Part shown: in pieces, positions 24,701 to 38,259 of the stretch
Layout of the letters: every line of letters starts with the position of its first letter
Position numbering within the stretch: position 1 is the first letter of the stretch
NCBI GenBank assembly: GCA_965235115.1
Contig: OZ249436.1
Coordinates: forward strand, 20,152,001 to 20,216,000
DNA from: Laetmonice hystrix
Taxonomy: Eukaryota
Length of the DNA stretch: 64,000 bases
Direction of reading: 5' to 3'
The notes under the pieces: generated by a model
Databases searched by the model: none
The model's input: the letters and a program-made list of their open reading frames with translations, nothing else
Told to the model about the DNA's origin: nothing
Position numbers and translations under genes: made by a program

Positions 24701-27700
24701 ACACCAGTTCCTCAAATTAAATTCAGTCTCTCAAATGTTCAATCTGGTTTTCACCCGATTTAGTTCCTACGTAGCTTTGTCTCGGCAACCATCAACGACA
24801 TTGATTACTTCATAAATGTGACGTGCTGGGGGAAGAGATCTAATTGCGAATTCCAACCCTGTACCATAATACCTAAATTCTTAATTTCTAAGACTAATAT
24901 TTCCTTTGGACAAGGCCAGGACCGCAGACTGTTATTCAATGATATTAACTTTTAAAAAAAGTTTCGATTTTAATGGATTACATTCTAGTGCTAATGACTT
25001 CCAATGATAATCCTTCAATTGTTTATATCGACCTCTTCCATAGACCTGTTGGTCGAGGTACTCATTCAAACTGATCACGTGCCTGCCTTGCCTGGCCCAC
25101 AACCTTTAAGATATCAACTTGTCCTTCTGGCGACATGACAGAGTGGTTATGATGCAGCCATCAAGCCCAGCCATGCGTGCCACCAACGGTGCCCTTTGAC
25201 GGATGAAAACCTGCCTTGTGGAAGGTGCATCATTAAGGAGGGATAATCAGCATTCTTGTTTCTGTTGACCTTTACGAGTTGGTCGTCTGTCTAACACAGC
25301 GACAACTACGACTAGAACTGTTTCTGAAACTATCCTAAGGGGCGGACCATTTGATATGGGGGGGGGCTATGGTTTTTCTTCACGTCAGCAAACTTTTTTT
25401 TTCGCCCTCAGGCCAAAGTTATCTTTTTTTTCACTATGACCATTAATCAAACTAATTTTTTCCTATTTCGACCATTTTTACATATGGAAAATACTTTTTT
25501 TTAAATGTAGTTTGAAGACCAAAAATTTTGATTTTTTTTTAAACCATAGCCAATGGTCCGCCCCTAACTCGCGGTGGATAGTGTGGCACGTTCCGATAAT
25601 ATCATATCACTGCCTGCCATGGATCCTGATGATGTCACTTCATGGCAGGAGTGCGCTAGGCTGCAGACAGTCTCCAATGGCTGGAGAAACTGTTGATGGC
25701 TGGAATGGGTCGGACTGAACCTTGTGAAAGTGTCACATCAGGGCTGGAGTCGGAGAGGTTAAGACTCTTCCGTAGTGAAAATATCACTTTATGTCCAGTT
25801 CTTATGACTGAGGACTGGCTTGCATTGCATCAAACATCAAGGACACTGATAGCTTGAATGAAGACTCACTGAGCCTGACTGAGGACTCACTGACAGCTGG
25901 TCTGAGGACTGTCATGTGTAGCGGGTGGTACCGAGGACCGGTTTTGAAACTGTCAAGTGGGCTTCATTCCATCCTCAGTCTAAAGATATCTATTTTTACC
26001 CTTTTAATATTGTGGAGTAGCCAGCCAATTGTAAGTGCCCTTTAGCCGTGGTGTCGAGTTGAGGTACAGTAACAATGATCTACCAGACGATCTCTAGACT
26101 TAGCCAGATGAAAACAGTATGTTTGTCACATACTGAAATATCAACGGAGTGCAGTCTCAGAACGGATCTCAAACGTCCGAACTCTATCTGGACGGGGGCA
26201 TGCTGCGCAAATAGAACATAGCAACGACCACATCCAACAGTAAATGTTCGACATCTTCCAAACGCCTTGATACTGACGTGGAATTCACAAATTATATTAT
26301 TCCACAGGGACTTGGACATACCCATGTGGTACCCGACGTAACACATGTTCAATTGGTTATAACTGGGATCCATAATGTAGACTGGCTAGCTCTGTGTGCA
26401 GTTAAACCAGAGTTTGCGGCCTGCGGCCTGCGGCCTGCGTTTTTGCAGAAATGGAACAACTGAAAATAGATATAAAGCGGTGTTTCCATTAACGCGGCTG
26501 CGGCCCGGCTGCGGTGCGGGCACGGGTGCGGCTGATAAGACACGTCGTTGTTTTTAAAGGTGCGTCCCGGCTGCGTCTCAATGTTGTTGGTATAAGGTCA
26601 TAAGCCATACACCTGCCGAATCGATAAGTTTTTCGATATCTTGCTTGCTGACCACGTGAGGCATGGTGTCATCCATTTTTTGAGTGAAGAACATGCACGT
26701 GACCACCTAGGATTAAGGGGATCCCTCATGCGGCTCATCTGCGGCTGTGCTCGAATCGCTCCAAGACGCGATCGGGAAGAGCCGCATGCGACGCCCGGAC
26801 GGGCGCCGTACGGAGATCGCATTAATGGAAACACTTACATTAAAAACAACGACGTGCGATATCAGCCGGACCGCAGCCGGGCCGCAGCCGCGTTAATTGA
26901 AACACCGCTTAACCGTTCACATGCCCCCGGTTTGCGGTGTGCGGGGATTTACATTGGCTACATTATTAACAAAAACACACGCCGCATGCCGCACGCCGCA
27001 CACCGTATGCATGTGAAAGCGGCTTCAGAGTGGACAAAAGGAGTGCGGCAAATAAAACCTGACGGTGATTTACAGATTACTAGTGGAGAAGGTGTTTGAA
27101 AGCCAAGGGATGGCAAGTAATTCCTTCTACCTACTCCATATGGTAAGCATGGAATTCAGGGATGTAATACCACTCCAAATGGATACCCATGTAGGCTGAC
27201 TTGGCAAAGGTTTCCTGCGGTGTTTATGATCCATCAACTTTATATTGGTTTTATAGCAACGTCCATATTTTTTCTATATTCAAGTTCAGGTGATACATAC
27301 TAGCTGGTAGCAGGGGACTATTCTTTAAATGTCTCAAAACAGACATTTTTCATAAGAATTTTGTGAAATGTGACGATACACCTATCAGAATGGACCCCGA
27401 CCTCAAAGTTGTAAGTACTATCTTAGGGACAATCCTTTCTTTAGGCCTCAAATAATCTGATGACCACAGAAATCGCGCATTGCTATAATGTGAACTAACC
27501 AACTTCGGATTAACCATCATTCTACAGACGTCCAGTGACAACTGTGTGAAGTCAATGTAGTGTACTATGATCATTCCCCTGAAACCACTTCAGTTACTGT
27601 AAAGCGCAGCTGGTTGTCTTGGCTATGTTGGAGGAGCAAATAATGTTAGTTCCCTGGACAAATTTCGGATTCCCACAGGGGAAAAATGCCTGCTCCATGT

Positions 27701-30700
27701 GATCTGCGCATTGGGACATAATTCTGCCTTTCACTGGTCTTTCGGATTGAGCAGGTATTGAAATAAGGCATCTGGATGAACATACTCTCGGTAAACACCT
27801 AAACTTTTTCATAAATGGAAATCTCATGATGATGGAGAACCAGACAACCAAAAATCCCTATCAGCCTTTCCCAAGTGTGATTTAACAAGATTTAAATCAT
27901 AAGAAATAAACTCGGACCGGTTGCTGAAAGGTATACCAAAGATGTAAATCACAATAGAACAATTTAAATTGGTGTTTAGCACTCCCTGGTGTCTGAAACT
28001 AGTCTTGTCTTTGCTGAGCATTTGTTCCTGTCACCACATGGAATGTTCTGTGACTGAAGTGTCATTAGGAGGACGTTGTAATTTCCCTTGGGGAAAGTGT
28101 TTCCATTGGAACGCGCATCCCTGTGCTCTCCGTCCTGCTCTGCCGGTCAGAGTACGCCCCCAACAACACTGTAGAAGGATAGGTCAGAGTACGCCCCCAA
28201 CAACACTGTAGAACCATAGGTCCGAGTACGCCCCCAACAACACTGTAGAAGGATAGGTCAGAGTACGCCCCCAACAACACTGTAGAAGGATAGGTCAGAG
28301 TACGCCCCCAACAACACTGTAGAAGGATAGGTCAGAGTACGCCCCCAACAACACTGTAGAAGGATAGGTCAGAGTACGCCCCCAACAACACTGTAGAACC
28401 ATAGGTCAGAGTACGCCCCCAACAACACTTTAGAAGCAAAGTTCCGAGTACGCCCCCAACAACACTGTAGAAAAATAGGTCCGAGTACGCCCCCAACAAC
28501 ACTTTACAAGCAAAGGTCCGAGTACGCCCCCAACAACACTGTAGAAGGATAGGTCAGAGTACGCCCCCAACAACACTGTAGAAGCATAGGTCCGAGTACG
28601 CCCCCAACAACACTGTAGAAGCATATGTCAGAGTACGCCCCCAACAACACTGTAGCAGGATAGGTCCGAGTACGCCCCCAACAACACTTTAGAAGCAAAG
28701 GTCCGAGTACGCCCCCAGCAACACTGTAGAAGCATAGGTCAAAGTACGCCTCCAACAACACTGTAGAACCATAGGTCAGAGTACGCCCCCAACAACACTG
28801 TAGAAGGAGACACTAAGCAAGGTACCGTACGTACATAGATAGCCAAAAGTTCAGTCCTAACAGGCCAAGGTAGCGATTTAATAACTACCTGGGGCAAGAA
28901 AAAGTAAGCCACGTTACATCAACTTTTCTGATTGATCATTGCATGGAAAGAATATGATCTGGTTTTGATATCCAGAATATATAAAACACTTCCCTACGTG
29001 TGTCCAACAGTGTATGAAGATCTATGGCTGGTGTTTCTCAGTCCGTGATGCTTTCTAAGGTTTGAGGGCATCCCCTGGCTTAAAGTGATGAATTGACCAT
29101 CATCGCAATGTAGGCCCCATCAATAACTTTGTACAGTTAAGGACCATGTAGAGGGGAAACTTGCTCAGACCTTGATCGGAAGGATCGTCCCTAACCAGAT
29201 CAGTAGAGCTCATTTCCAGCCTCAGGCTCGACCGGTGGCCAGGCGCCCGGTTGCTCTGGGGCAGATGCGGGACAGGCAGCTTCAGCGTGCCAGACTTGTA
29301 GACTATACTGACAGGGTTCCCACTTTTTTGTGTAAACCAATTTCAATGAGTTTTTACTGAAATTTCCAAAACTCCATGAGAAATATTTTGTATTTTATGG
29401 GTAGCATAGCCAGCTAATAATGGTCTGGAGAGAGTCATTGCCAAATTCCCTGCGTTTTCCCTGATTTTTAAAACCCGGGCTTTTTATACACTTAACTGCC
29501 ATCACAGCTAAATGCCATATAATGAACCCACAGGTCGGCCGGAAAACCCAACCACGATATATTGCGTCACAATTGGTACTTCCCCATAGTGTCCTAAAAG
29601 ACCTTCGAAACTGAACACCACGCATATTAAATTAATTTCATAACTGATATGAGTGACAGACCTAAAGAGATTTATGAGAGAGTTTATGAATGACTGTGCA
29701 ACAATGGCCAATTAATATTTATGGCATGCCGATCAGATCCCCCAGGTGACCTAGCCGACAGGGTACTAACTCCTAATATCTCTCCTCATCGATTCTAGTC
29801 AAGTGACCATTTACGTTCTTCCCACCTGGGATCAGATGGAGAACTGACCAGGAATATCTGAGTAAGACTCCTGATCCCTTCTACGGCTCCTCTCACCAGC
29901 GTAGGGACTGGTATATGACAGCCCTAAGCTTTATATTATACCCTGCCATCTTAAATTATGCATATTCTTTTTATTTCTGATCAGATAAAAACCCTATGGA
30001 GTTTGGCCTCAAACACAGCACCCTCTACCCCGACACCGTCATACGGCAGCAAGCCGACACACACTACAGCAGCGCACATAAGGCCTGCTTCCATGTACTA
30101 CTTGACGGCCTACTAACAAACCGGCATGGACGACATACACGATGGGCCTACGTATTTGTATTTACAGTCTCGATCATCCATACCCTATACTACCGAGACT
30201 GACGTATTAATACTGACCCCATTCTCAGAGCGCTCATACTCGGCTCTCTCGTGAAATACCTTGACCAGATCAGTGTTAGCTATTAACCTATTACACAGCG
30301 TTTGGATTACGCAAACACAACCGTTTCTTTTACCTGAAGAGATCAGTCATCGATCACTGGGACCTTCTTGTCACAGCTAATTTAGTTGTGAATGCCGGGC
30401 ACACATGTGCTGCGTGTTAGTGTAAACTGTTAACAGTCCTGTTCACGTCTTGCTGCTGGGCAGATTTTTTTTCGAGACGCCGCACTGAACATTTGCGGTT
30501 TACTCATGAATTTTATCAAAGGTTCCGTCATCGTACTTTACTGGTCACTGGAATTTGACACTACAGCATCTAACATCTGACGAAGTCAAGTTTGCTGCCT
30601 TTAAACAATGAATAAATCATCCATGGGGGCTACTGTACATTTGAAAGAATGTGATTTTAAGCATCTTGTTTGACACTCGATAACTCAAAATTAAACTTCT

Positions 30701-33700
30701 AATCCAATAATCTCTGTGCAGCCCAGGAGAAATTAGCCTGTACACGTGTGTTTTTATCATGTACCCTGGGAACAGTTAATTCCTTCAGCCACCTTCAAAG
30801 TGTTATAAACAGATTTCTCTTATAAGGATCATAGTAATAAACACTACTTATCATGGAGAAGGAGGCAACTAAATATTCTGAATTGTAACAATCAAATTGT
30901 TTGGACTGCCACTCGTGCCTGTTCAAAGCTCATCAACAACGGTAGAGTTGAGAGCTGTGTCATCTCAGTACGCCGGTCAGCAACAGGTCATTTCCCACTG
31001 ACAACTCACAGATAAAATATTCATATTTCGATTTGGTGTATGATTCAGGGCAATTGTGGTACCTAATATTACCTCATATTGGCCTAAACATGTGATCAGA
31101 GTAAACGGACAGATGCCTCTTGTGTGAAAAAGGACCAGGCCGGCCAAATATGGGTTAAACACTTCCAACATAGCTAAGTCATGCTACATGTGGTTAAAGA
31201 GGTACAGATAGCACACTCAGTGTGAGGTGTGAAGGCCAAGAACACGTCCTTTTCACTTGCATGCGCAGGTAAGTTTTACATATGCGTTCCATTAATGACT
31301 ACTTCATACATAATTCAAATAGAGAGCGATCCGAAAGTGTTCAGTTTATGTGACAGCTGGCCATCGGCGTCTGCCCCCCCCCCCCCAGATGATCAGAACG
31401 AGGCGTCCCTTTCCACGATTACCTGATGGTTCATACATGGGCACAGCAAAACTTTGATACGTTCTGTATTTACACCTCTCAGTGTCTTTATTACGACTGG
31501 CCATTCAGACTGGCTAATATTAATCTAATTTCCGTTACGTAATTGTTGTCATAGCAACCTCGGTTTTCTGTTAGGGACAAATTAACTCTAATCACAAAGC
31601 TGCCTTTCTCTGGAAGCCTATATTTAGTACTAAATAAAGCGCCTTTCATCTACTGTTTTCTTGCTGATTCTATTTCGAGATCACTAGTTATAATTGTGCA
31701 TATTTTATACTCTCAATATCTGAACAGGGCAGACTGAGACGTTCTGGTGGTACAGCTGTGATAAAGAAGTGTCATCAATTTTTTAGAAACCATGGACACT
31801 GTCACCAACGGTAACGGTGCATACCCCGCGATATAATATATACATGTATATATATATATGTGGCTGCGTTGTGGCAGTAAAAGCTTGCAGAGTAGTGAGA
31901 GGAAAGTGTACCTTTTGACACACTACGTCTGAGGTGACCAAGAGATGGCAAGGAACTTCCCATTATCTCTTTCAACACTTCAAGATAGTACAATTTACAT
32001 TGACTAAGTACTGCGACCAGGGTCACAGCAAGCCAGGCCCTGTGCAGTGGCGGTTCCGGGGAGGGGGGGGGGGGGGGGTGCCGGCGACGTCCGCTCCCCC
32101 CCCCTCAAATTTGCCGAATTAAATTTTTTATAACCAAAATGCCTTATTGTTTTGACAACGGACCCCCCCCCTCGATTTGCCCTTTTTATGCTGCCCCCCC
32201 CCCCCCCGAATATAGACCCTAGATCCGCCCCTGCCTGTGTATCTATCTCTGGGTGTGCTGTGTAACATGGGGCCAGACAACCTCCCTCGTCCACTTGCCT
32301 GATATACAAGCTAACCAGGGGCCCGTCTCACTAAGGTTGGTTAATAAAAAAAAGATAGTGCAGTGAATGGTGGCTGTAACCAGCAGCCTTCCATTCACTG
32401 ACTATGATAACGAGCTGGTTATTAACCAGCCTTAATGAGACGGGCCCTGGTCCCACTCTCGTGTGGCATAGTCTCGGGGGGAGCTTGAGCGTAGTAATAA
32501 ATCAAACATCATAAAAAAAACTTCTAAAAATTAATGCATGATCATTTAAATACCATATGATGGAAATACCTCCCACCTCAACTATAAACTGTCATATGTG
32601 ACTTCTTGATGTCAATGCTCAAGGAAAGGAGTTCCAAATATTTTCTTGTAAATGATAGATTTTTTCTAAAATAAAAAAAAATAATAATAAAAAAATAAAC
32701 GGATTTTACCACTGCACGTCCAGGTTTCTTCAGTCTAATATGTGATGGCAAAGGATAGTTTGATCGATCCATGGCTCCGTGAGGAACAGAGTCCAAGTAG
32801 CAGTTTGACTTTGATACGGGTGAACTCTCTCAAGGAGATAATGCAAACACACAATCGGGGAGCTAACTTGTGGAATAATTTCTGCAAATTTAGGTATACA
32901 ATAATTTTTACAATCCCTGCACCCTCCCAGCAGGGATTGGGATTACGGTCATGGAATGCAGACTAAACTATACATTGACTAGTGTGGGGCCACTACAATG
33001 TAAACAATGCAACTATGAACTAATTAGGTTTGAAATCACAAACATGTCAATGTTGTAATAATAATGACTCAAGAAGATCATCAGCGCTTGTCATGAATCG
33101 CTACTGGTGACAAGACAATCATCATGATATTACAACAATAAAAGTGCCTTCCAGTCAAGATGGAGTAGCTGCAAGACTTGGATTCATAACTTTAAATGAA
33201 CATTCTATATATATAGTTTCCATCAGGTCTTGAGAAACGCTCGTCACTGGCTCTGGTGACTACCTAACATTAGGAGAGGACCCCAGCAAAGCACCTTAAT
33301 GACTGGACCTGGATAATGTGAGTGAAACCTCCACTCGAGGGCTGACCAAGGCACGATCTTATTCCTACACCCTGTCCATCCTAGTACACCCTACACTGTG
33401 TATTTTGAGTACCAGGTACTCAGTCATAAAGTTTACAATAGCGATTTACTTTATATGAGAGCAAATTTCTTGGTGAGTAGCACATAAATCCAATGTGGAG
33501 AATGATTTAGCTAACTATATTAGAATCACACTTTTTTTCAGGGTAATTTCCAAACTAATTTATGGCTGGAAACCATTGAGGGCCCTCTCTGTCTTTTATC
33601 CAGTTCACTGAAGTATCCAATAATACCACAAACAGTACCACTACGCAGGGCTCTCAAAGTTGGCAGGAGTAGCAGGGTACAGAAGAGAAAGTTGCAGGGT

Positions 33701-36700
33701 ACAGCCCTCGGGGGGGGGGGGGGGGTCCGAGGGCCCTCCCCCGGAAAAAAATTGAAAAAATGTCCCCCTGAGATGCAATTTCCTGGCATCTGAGAGGGGC
33801 AATTGGTCATCACTGACATGTTGTTTTGGTACATGCTGAGGCCTTGTGCGGATCCTATGTGCAGGAAAGTGAAAAAAGCATATTGTTAAAAAGATTTTTT
33901 GTCGTTCAACAAAAAGTAGGCGGCAGCAAAACTTTTTTTAGACGGTGTTTTGCCGCCGGTGACCGGCTACTTTTGAGAGCCCTGACAGTAGGTACTAGTC
34001 TTTCAAAATATCAGCACCTTCTGGTCATATCCGGGTAAAGAGATTCGGCAATGAGTCGTCCTGAAAATAACGTCGTATGTCTTTTAAAGACTCACCTCAT
34101 TAAATTAATGCAATACCACCAGTAAATACATAACGTATGTAATACCCAGACTTAATTTATAGAAGGCATGTAATTATGACTGAGAAATCTTTAGATCTAA
34201 AGAGTTGTACAGGTCCATGTACCAATAGAAATTTAGGCCACGTCAATATCTAGACCATGTATTATAGTCAAGCACACTGAACTTTAGGTAAGGACCTCAA
34301 GTTGATACCGTAGGCACATCTGGTCTGATAAAGAACACCTGTTCAATATGTCGCCTTGGCTGTTTAACAGTAAATGTAGACCATATCTGGGAGCAACAGA
34401 CTATGGGCCACAACAAGTGACATCAGTAACAAATGGTCACATCCCATGATAGATGGCTTACTAACAAAGTGTCGCTCATTTACAGTAGATATCATAAATG
34501 ATTTCAGATCTCTCAGTTACTTTTCTACTTTTCTTTCTGCTGCAATATGGGTAGGCATTATATATATATTCAAGAACAGCAAGAAAGAAATATTTTGTCT
34601 TCTAATCCAGATGTTGCGATACACAAAAGGGCCAATAAAAGCTTACAAACTAGTAAATACAGCAATGTACATATCACTCCTGGCTGAAGGCTTACTGCTT
34701 CAAGACTACCGGTAATTAATGTGAAGAATGAGCTATTAATATTATAGTGGGTGAATAGGGAATAAGAAGGATGCACTCAGATCATATTTTTGGACACACC
34801 TTCACACATAGTTGTCATCTTGGGTCGTGTTCATGGTGCTCCAACAAAAAGTCCCTCCTTTAAAGATTCTGGCAAAGGCGTCACTTGGGATTTTAGACAG
34901 CTAAGGTAATTTTTGTAACCATTTGTACAAATACTCTGCCATTAGCCAGCCATTTGCATCCATAAGAAACATGAGACACCAGGTATCTAGCCAAACTCTT
35001 TGATCAGTGATCTGCCTTTCTAGGATTTCCATTTCACTGCACAGAGAATACGGGATAGCCTCTTCAGATGTTATGTTATATATCTATTGGTTCAACAGCT
35101 CAGGTTCAATTGAATTTGTTGAATCTGGGACATGTATGGCAGTCATGGCACATGGGGACTGCAACCCTGTGCAGGGCCTGCACGAAGACTAGTCACTTTC
35201 CTGTCGGCCTAACCATGGCTTGATATGGATGTCCAGGACTACACACACTACAGTTAGGTTTAGTGACAAACTTGTACCATGTTCATGAGTCATATCTATA
35301 CTGGTATCCATACTGGCAGCTCAGTCATCATCTGGTGACCTAAATGTGGGTCATGCTATTACAGACATGTATAAAAATAAAACTCTTACCAGTACTACAT
35401 CTAAGAGCTAAATAGCATGTCAAGCAATTTCCAAGACTGCCAGGTTGTGGTTTTGATTATATAAATGCGTTTTTTTAAAGGATTATGTGAAACAAGAACG
35501 AGTGAGTCAGAAAAATAAGTTATTTGGATGGAATTGGAAGCCAAATAACAAGCAAAGTTCTGATGTTTTGACAGCACATCTCCGTCAGAACATAAGTCTT
35601 AGGTGGGTCTGCTACTTCGTCTGGAAGGATAGTAAAGGCTATGACGCACTGCGCTCCCCGACCCGATTGGTGACAAACGGTTCGGCGCCCATTCGGGCCG
35701 GAAGGCGAGCGGCACCGATCAGATATCAAACTTTTTCAATATTGAATCGGGGGGCGATCGGGAGTGCTTCGTGCCGAATGGGTCCCGACTGCCTATGACC
35801 CACTGGCGCCTGATCACGTCCCAAATTCGGGCAATAGGGCGCCTGAGTCTCCTGACCTGGTTATGCAAATGATGTTAAATAGCCTCAAACCAGCTCGCAA
35901 TAGCACCAAACGTGCGCCATGCGATTGTGACGTCAAAAAATTTCCCATAGGATTAGCATTGACAGGGCCGACAGGCTTACAAAAACCAGCCCGTATATTC
36001 ACAATCTAACTTTCTAAACTATAAAACAAACTTTATCCCAGAGTAAACATGCCAGCCATCATGTATTGTAACGTTTAAATATTAACAGCGACTTCACTGC
36101 AGAATGAAAATATTTTAAAGTTGACTGTCACTGTTCCCTATGGCCATCGCAATGTTAAACCAGCGAGGCTATCTGCTCCTTGTCCCGACAACGCGAAATC
36201 TCTTGAATTCTCGTGACATACTTAGGCGCCCTATCGGGATGTGATCGGCCATGATTTTGCCCAGTGCGTCATAGCCTTAAATTAATCAGGAACATTGGAA
36301 AAATGGCTTTCCGGATTAGGTCACAAGGGGCTGCTGTTCATTGCCCATTTAAATGAGTGGAAAAAGGTTAAAATATTAGCTGGTCATGTAAATGACCTAC
36401 CCACTACCTGGCATACTAAGGCTAAGCTGTCTGATGAATCTAAATCTAACTTATTCTGCCGTCTGATGGCAGAATAACCACTGCGTTAGAAAAATGACCT
36501 TTTTTTTTAACTGTCATTAGTACATTACTAAACAAACTTGAGCAATTCACTTACCTCCATGTCCTTAACACAAAGTATACAATTATAACAGCTGTAACGC
36601 CTATCAACACATAGAGAGTTCTCATCAGCATTCCCCTGTTCTTGGATATCATTTCTTTCAAATGTCTTCCAAGACCTTGTGAATTATTTTCACAAACAGA

Positions 36701-36982
36701 GGAGTTTCCTGTGCAGTTTGATTCAGTAGTGGCTGACTTAGGTGTAGGATTACTTGTTTGATTTTTGCCATCTTTGGAGTTGATGCCAACTGACGACGGC
36801 TGTCCACGTCGCAGGTTGACGGGGCCGGCCGCCGTCAGCCCGGGCGGGCCGTGCCGCCGGTTGTGGTCGCCGTGCCCCTGCACTGGCTGCAGGTCCACAG
36901 GATCGGCACCGGGCCCTATAACACACACGACAACGCCGCACAGCACAACGAGTACAACAGACAGCCACACGTCCGCCCTCAT
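21572..36982 (-). CDS. FAM174: FAM174-family (DUF1180) type I membrane protein, about 187 aa
   Basis: Exon 1 (36555-36982): signal peptide MRADVWLSVVLVVLCGVVVC, low-complexity ectodomain, TM segment RTLYVLIGVTAVIIVYFVLRTW. Phase-2 splice AG|A to exon 2 (21572-21707): RTRRKSKTKKYGVL...MEMTPLDQEDDDEDMTVFE, the characteristic FAM174 cytoplasmic tail. Intron is about 14.8 kb. Confidence 0.9.
25339..25564. mobile_element. PIF/Harbinger-type MITE
   Basis: TAA|GGGGCGGACCATT ... AATGGTCCGCCCC|TAA (13-bp TIR, TAA TSD). Confidence 0.85.
26476..26909. mobile_element. PIF/Harbinger-type MITE with long TIRs, apparently nested in an older TGCGGC-rich element (about 26410-27026)
   Basis: TAA|AGCGGTGTTTCCATTAACGCGGCTGCGGCCCGGCTGCGGT ... 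ACCGCAGCCGGGCCGCAGCCGCGTTAATTGAAACACCGCT|TAA. Confidence 0.85.
27100..29100 (-). mobile_element. Highly decayed LTR-retrotransposon (Gypsy/retrovirus-like) pol remnant
   Basis: Minus-strand fragments in the expected order: YILDIKT (RT motif A-like, about 28970), FQWKHFPQG (motif B-like, 28085-28111), LFYCDLHL (YxDD-like, about 27950), and integrase-like IVHYIDFTQL (about 27550). Many stops and frameshifts; boundaries are approximate. Confidence 0.4.
28145..28808. repeat. 37-bp minisatellite, about 18 copies
   Basis: Unit GGTC(A/C)GAGTACGCCCCCAACAACACTGTAGAAGGATA head-to-tail, with variation confined to a few positions. Confidence 0.97.
32045..32233. mobile_element. CAGTGGCGG-type (hAT-like) MITE with 6-bp TSD
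   Basis: CCTGTG|CAGTGGCGGTTCC ... AGATCCGCCCCTG|CCTGTG. Confidence 0.8.
32318..32447. mobile_element. Harbinger-like palindromic MITE (diverged copy of 56135-56288)
   Basis: GGGCCCGTCTCACTAAGGTTGGTTAATAA ... TTATTAACCAGCCTTAATGAGACGGGCCC; shares GTAACCAGCAGCCTTCCATTCACTG core. Confidence 0.8.
33646..33984. mobile_element. CAGGG-ended (hAT-like) MITE
   Basis: TIRs CAGGGCTCTCAAA / TTTGAGAGCCCTG; TSD not clearly preserved. Confidence 0.65.
35636..36277. mobile_element. PIF/Harbinger-type non-autonomous element, 642 bp
   Basis: TAA|AGGCTATGACGCACTG ... CAGTGCGTCATAGCCT|TAA (perfect 16-bp TIR, TAA TSD). Confidence 0.88.
36555..36982 (-). CDS. FAM174: FAM174 coding exon 1
   Basis: ATG at 36982; signal peptide and TM helix; donor gtaagt. 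Confidence 0.9.
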
Positions 36983-38141
36983 CGTGCTAGGAAGTCTTGC
37001 AAAAAATACTGCTATGTGTCCAACTCATCGGATCAAACTCCAGTCAGCTCGACCGACGGCAAATCCTTGTCCACATCAGCGACGGCCAAACACACAAATG
37101 ACGCACTTCCGTTTCCGTAGAAAAATATGGCTCGAGCTGGGAGTGCAGCTGGGAAGTCTCTCCGAGTCTGAGCCTAGTGGCCCTCCTTCTAACTGCATTG
37201 AGTCGACGAATGTCGGATGACACTGGGAGTGTTACATTCGCCTGTTAATGTAATAGTCTGTACTTGTTACATCATGTGATTCCTTACTCGATAGTCTAGT
37301 CACTTCCATCTGGTAGACCCCTGCAGATCCTCCACGATCCCACTTCCCCAGCAGTCGTCAACTGCTGTCTCCTGAAATGTTTACCTACTCCTCCCCATCA
37401 CACTCATGATTGCCGTAACATGAATGTGGCGACATCTGGAGGAAAAACCCCACACTAACAGTCTAACTCCTTATGCCCGCCACACACCTATCATAAAGTA
37501 AGTAGGCCTATCAAATGTACATTTTGTACCAAGGTAGTAGGACTAATGGGAATAGGTAATTATACTGCGATTATATTGATTATACTGTAGGCTACTTCGA
37601 AATTCGATGAGGAATAGGGGATGAAAATGGGGAAAGGAATAGAATTTTTTTTTTCTAAAACAATTTACCTTTACTTTTTACATAGAATTTTTGGGAGCCT
37701 ACTAATAGTAAATAGTTCTATGCTTTTAACAATAAATAAGACGTGTATTGATGGCAGAATAACGAAGATCTACCGTAACTGCTTGAAATTATAGATGTGA
37801 CGCTGGGTCAGGGAAAAGATTCTGACTTATCATTACAACACCCCCGCCCCCCCACCAATAACATGCCAAAAAATACTCGACAACTTATACATGTATTTAA
37901 ATGATCTATATTCATGAAAAATAGACTACATAGGCACAAATTAATTACCGCTACATATGTACATACATCCTTGGGAATATGAAGTTTTCCTTTTTACTGC
38001 AGTTCTCAACATTATTTTGTTGACTTCTATGAAAAACAGGCGAGAGTTAGCTTTAGTAGCTGGTACCGTACGGTACTCAGAAGTGCATTTGGAAGACGAG
38101 TCTGATTGATCTACATTATATTTGCAATCCATATATTTCAT

Positions 38142-38259
38142 TTATTGTGAAATATTTCTTCCTTCAACTTTCCCTCCCAAAAAGGCATCAATAGTTCTTG
38201 TTCCTGTCCCAAGCTTTTTCTTCTTTGATACAGGCTCTGCTCTCGTCATTTCACCGGAC
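38142..38259 (-). CDS. POLK: POLK last coding exon
   Basis: [41 protein letters not shown]-like and PIP-like motifs. Confidence 0.85.

Noticed and set aside
26598..27099. ORFs with duplicated RSRAAAAL(M/I)ETPL peptides on opposite strands
   Set aside because: This is an artefact of translating the MITE terminal inverted repeats.
28145..28808. CRISPR-like array of 37-bp repeats
   Set aside because: Units are head-to-tail with no unique spacers, there are no cas genes, and the context is a eukaryotic intron. It is a minisatellite.
36750..37220. Overlapping and antisense ORFs at FAM174 exon 1
   Set aside because: These are shadow frames of a GC-rich coding exon with no independent motifs.
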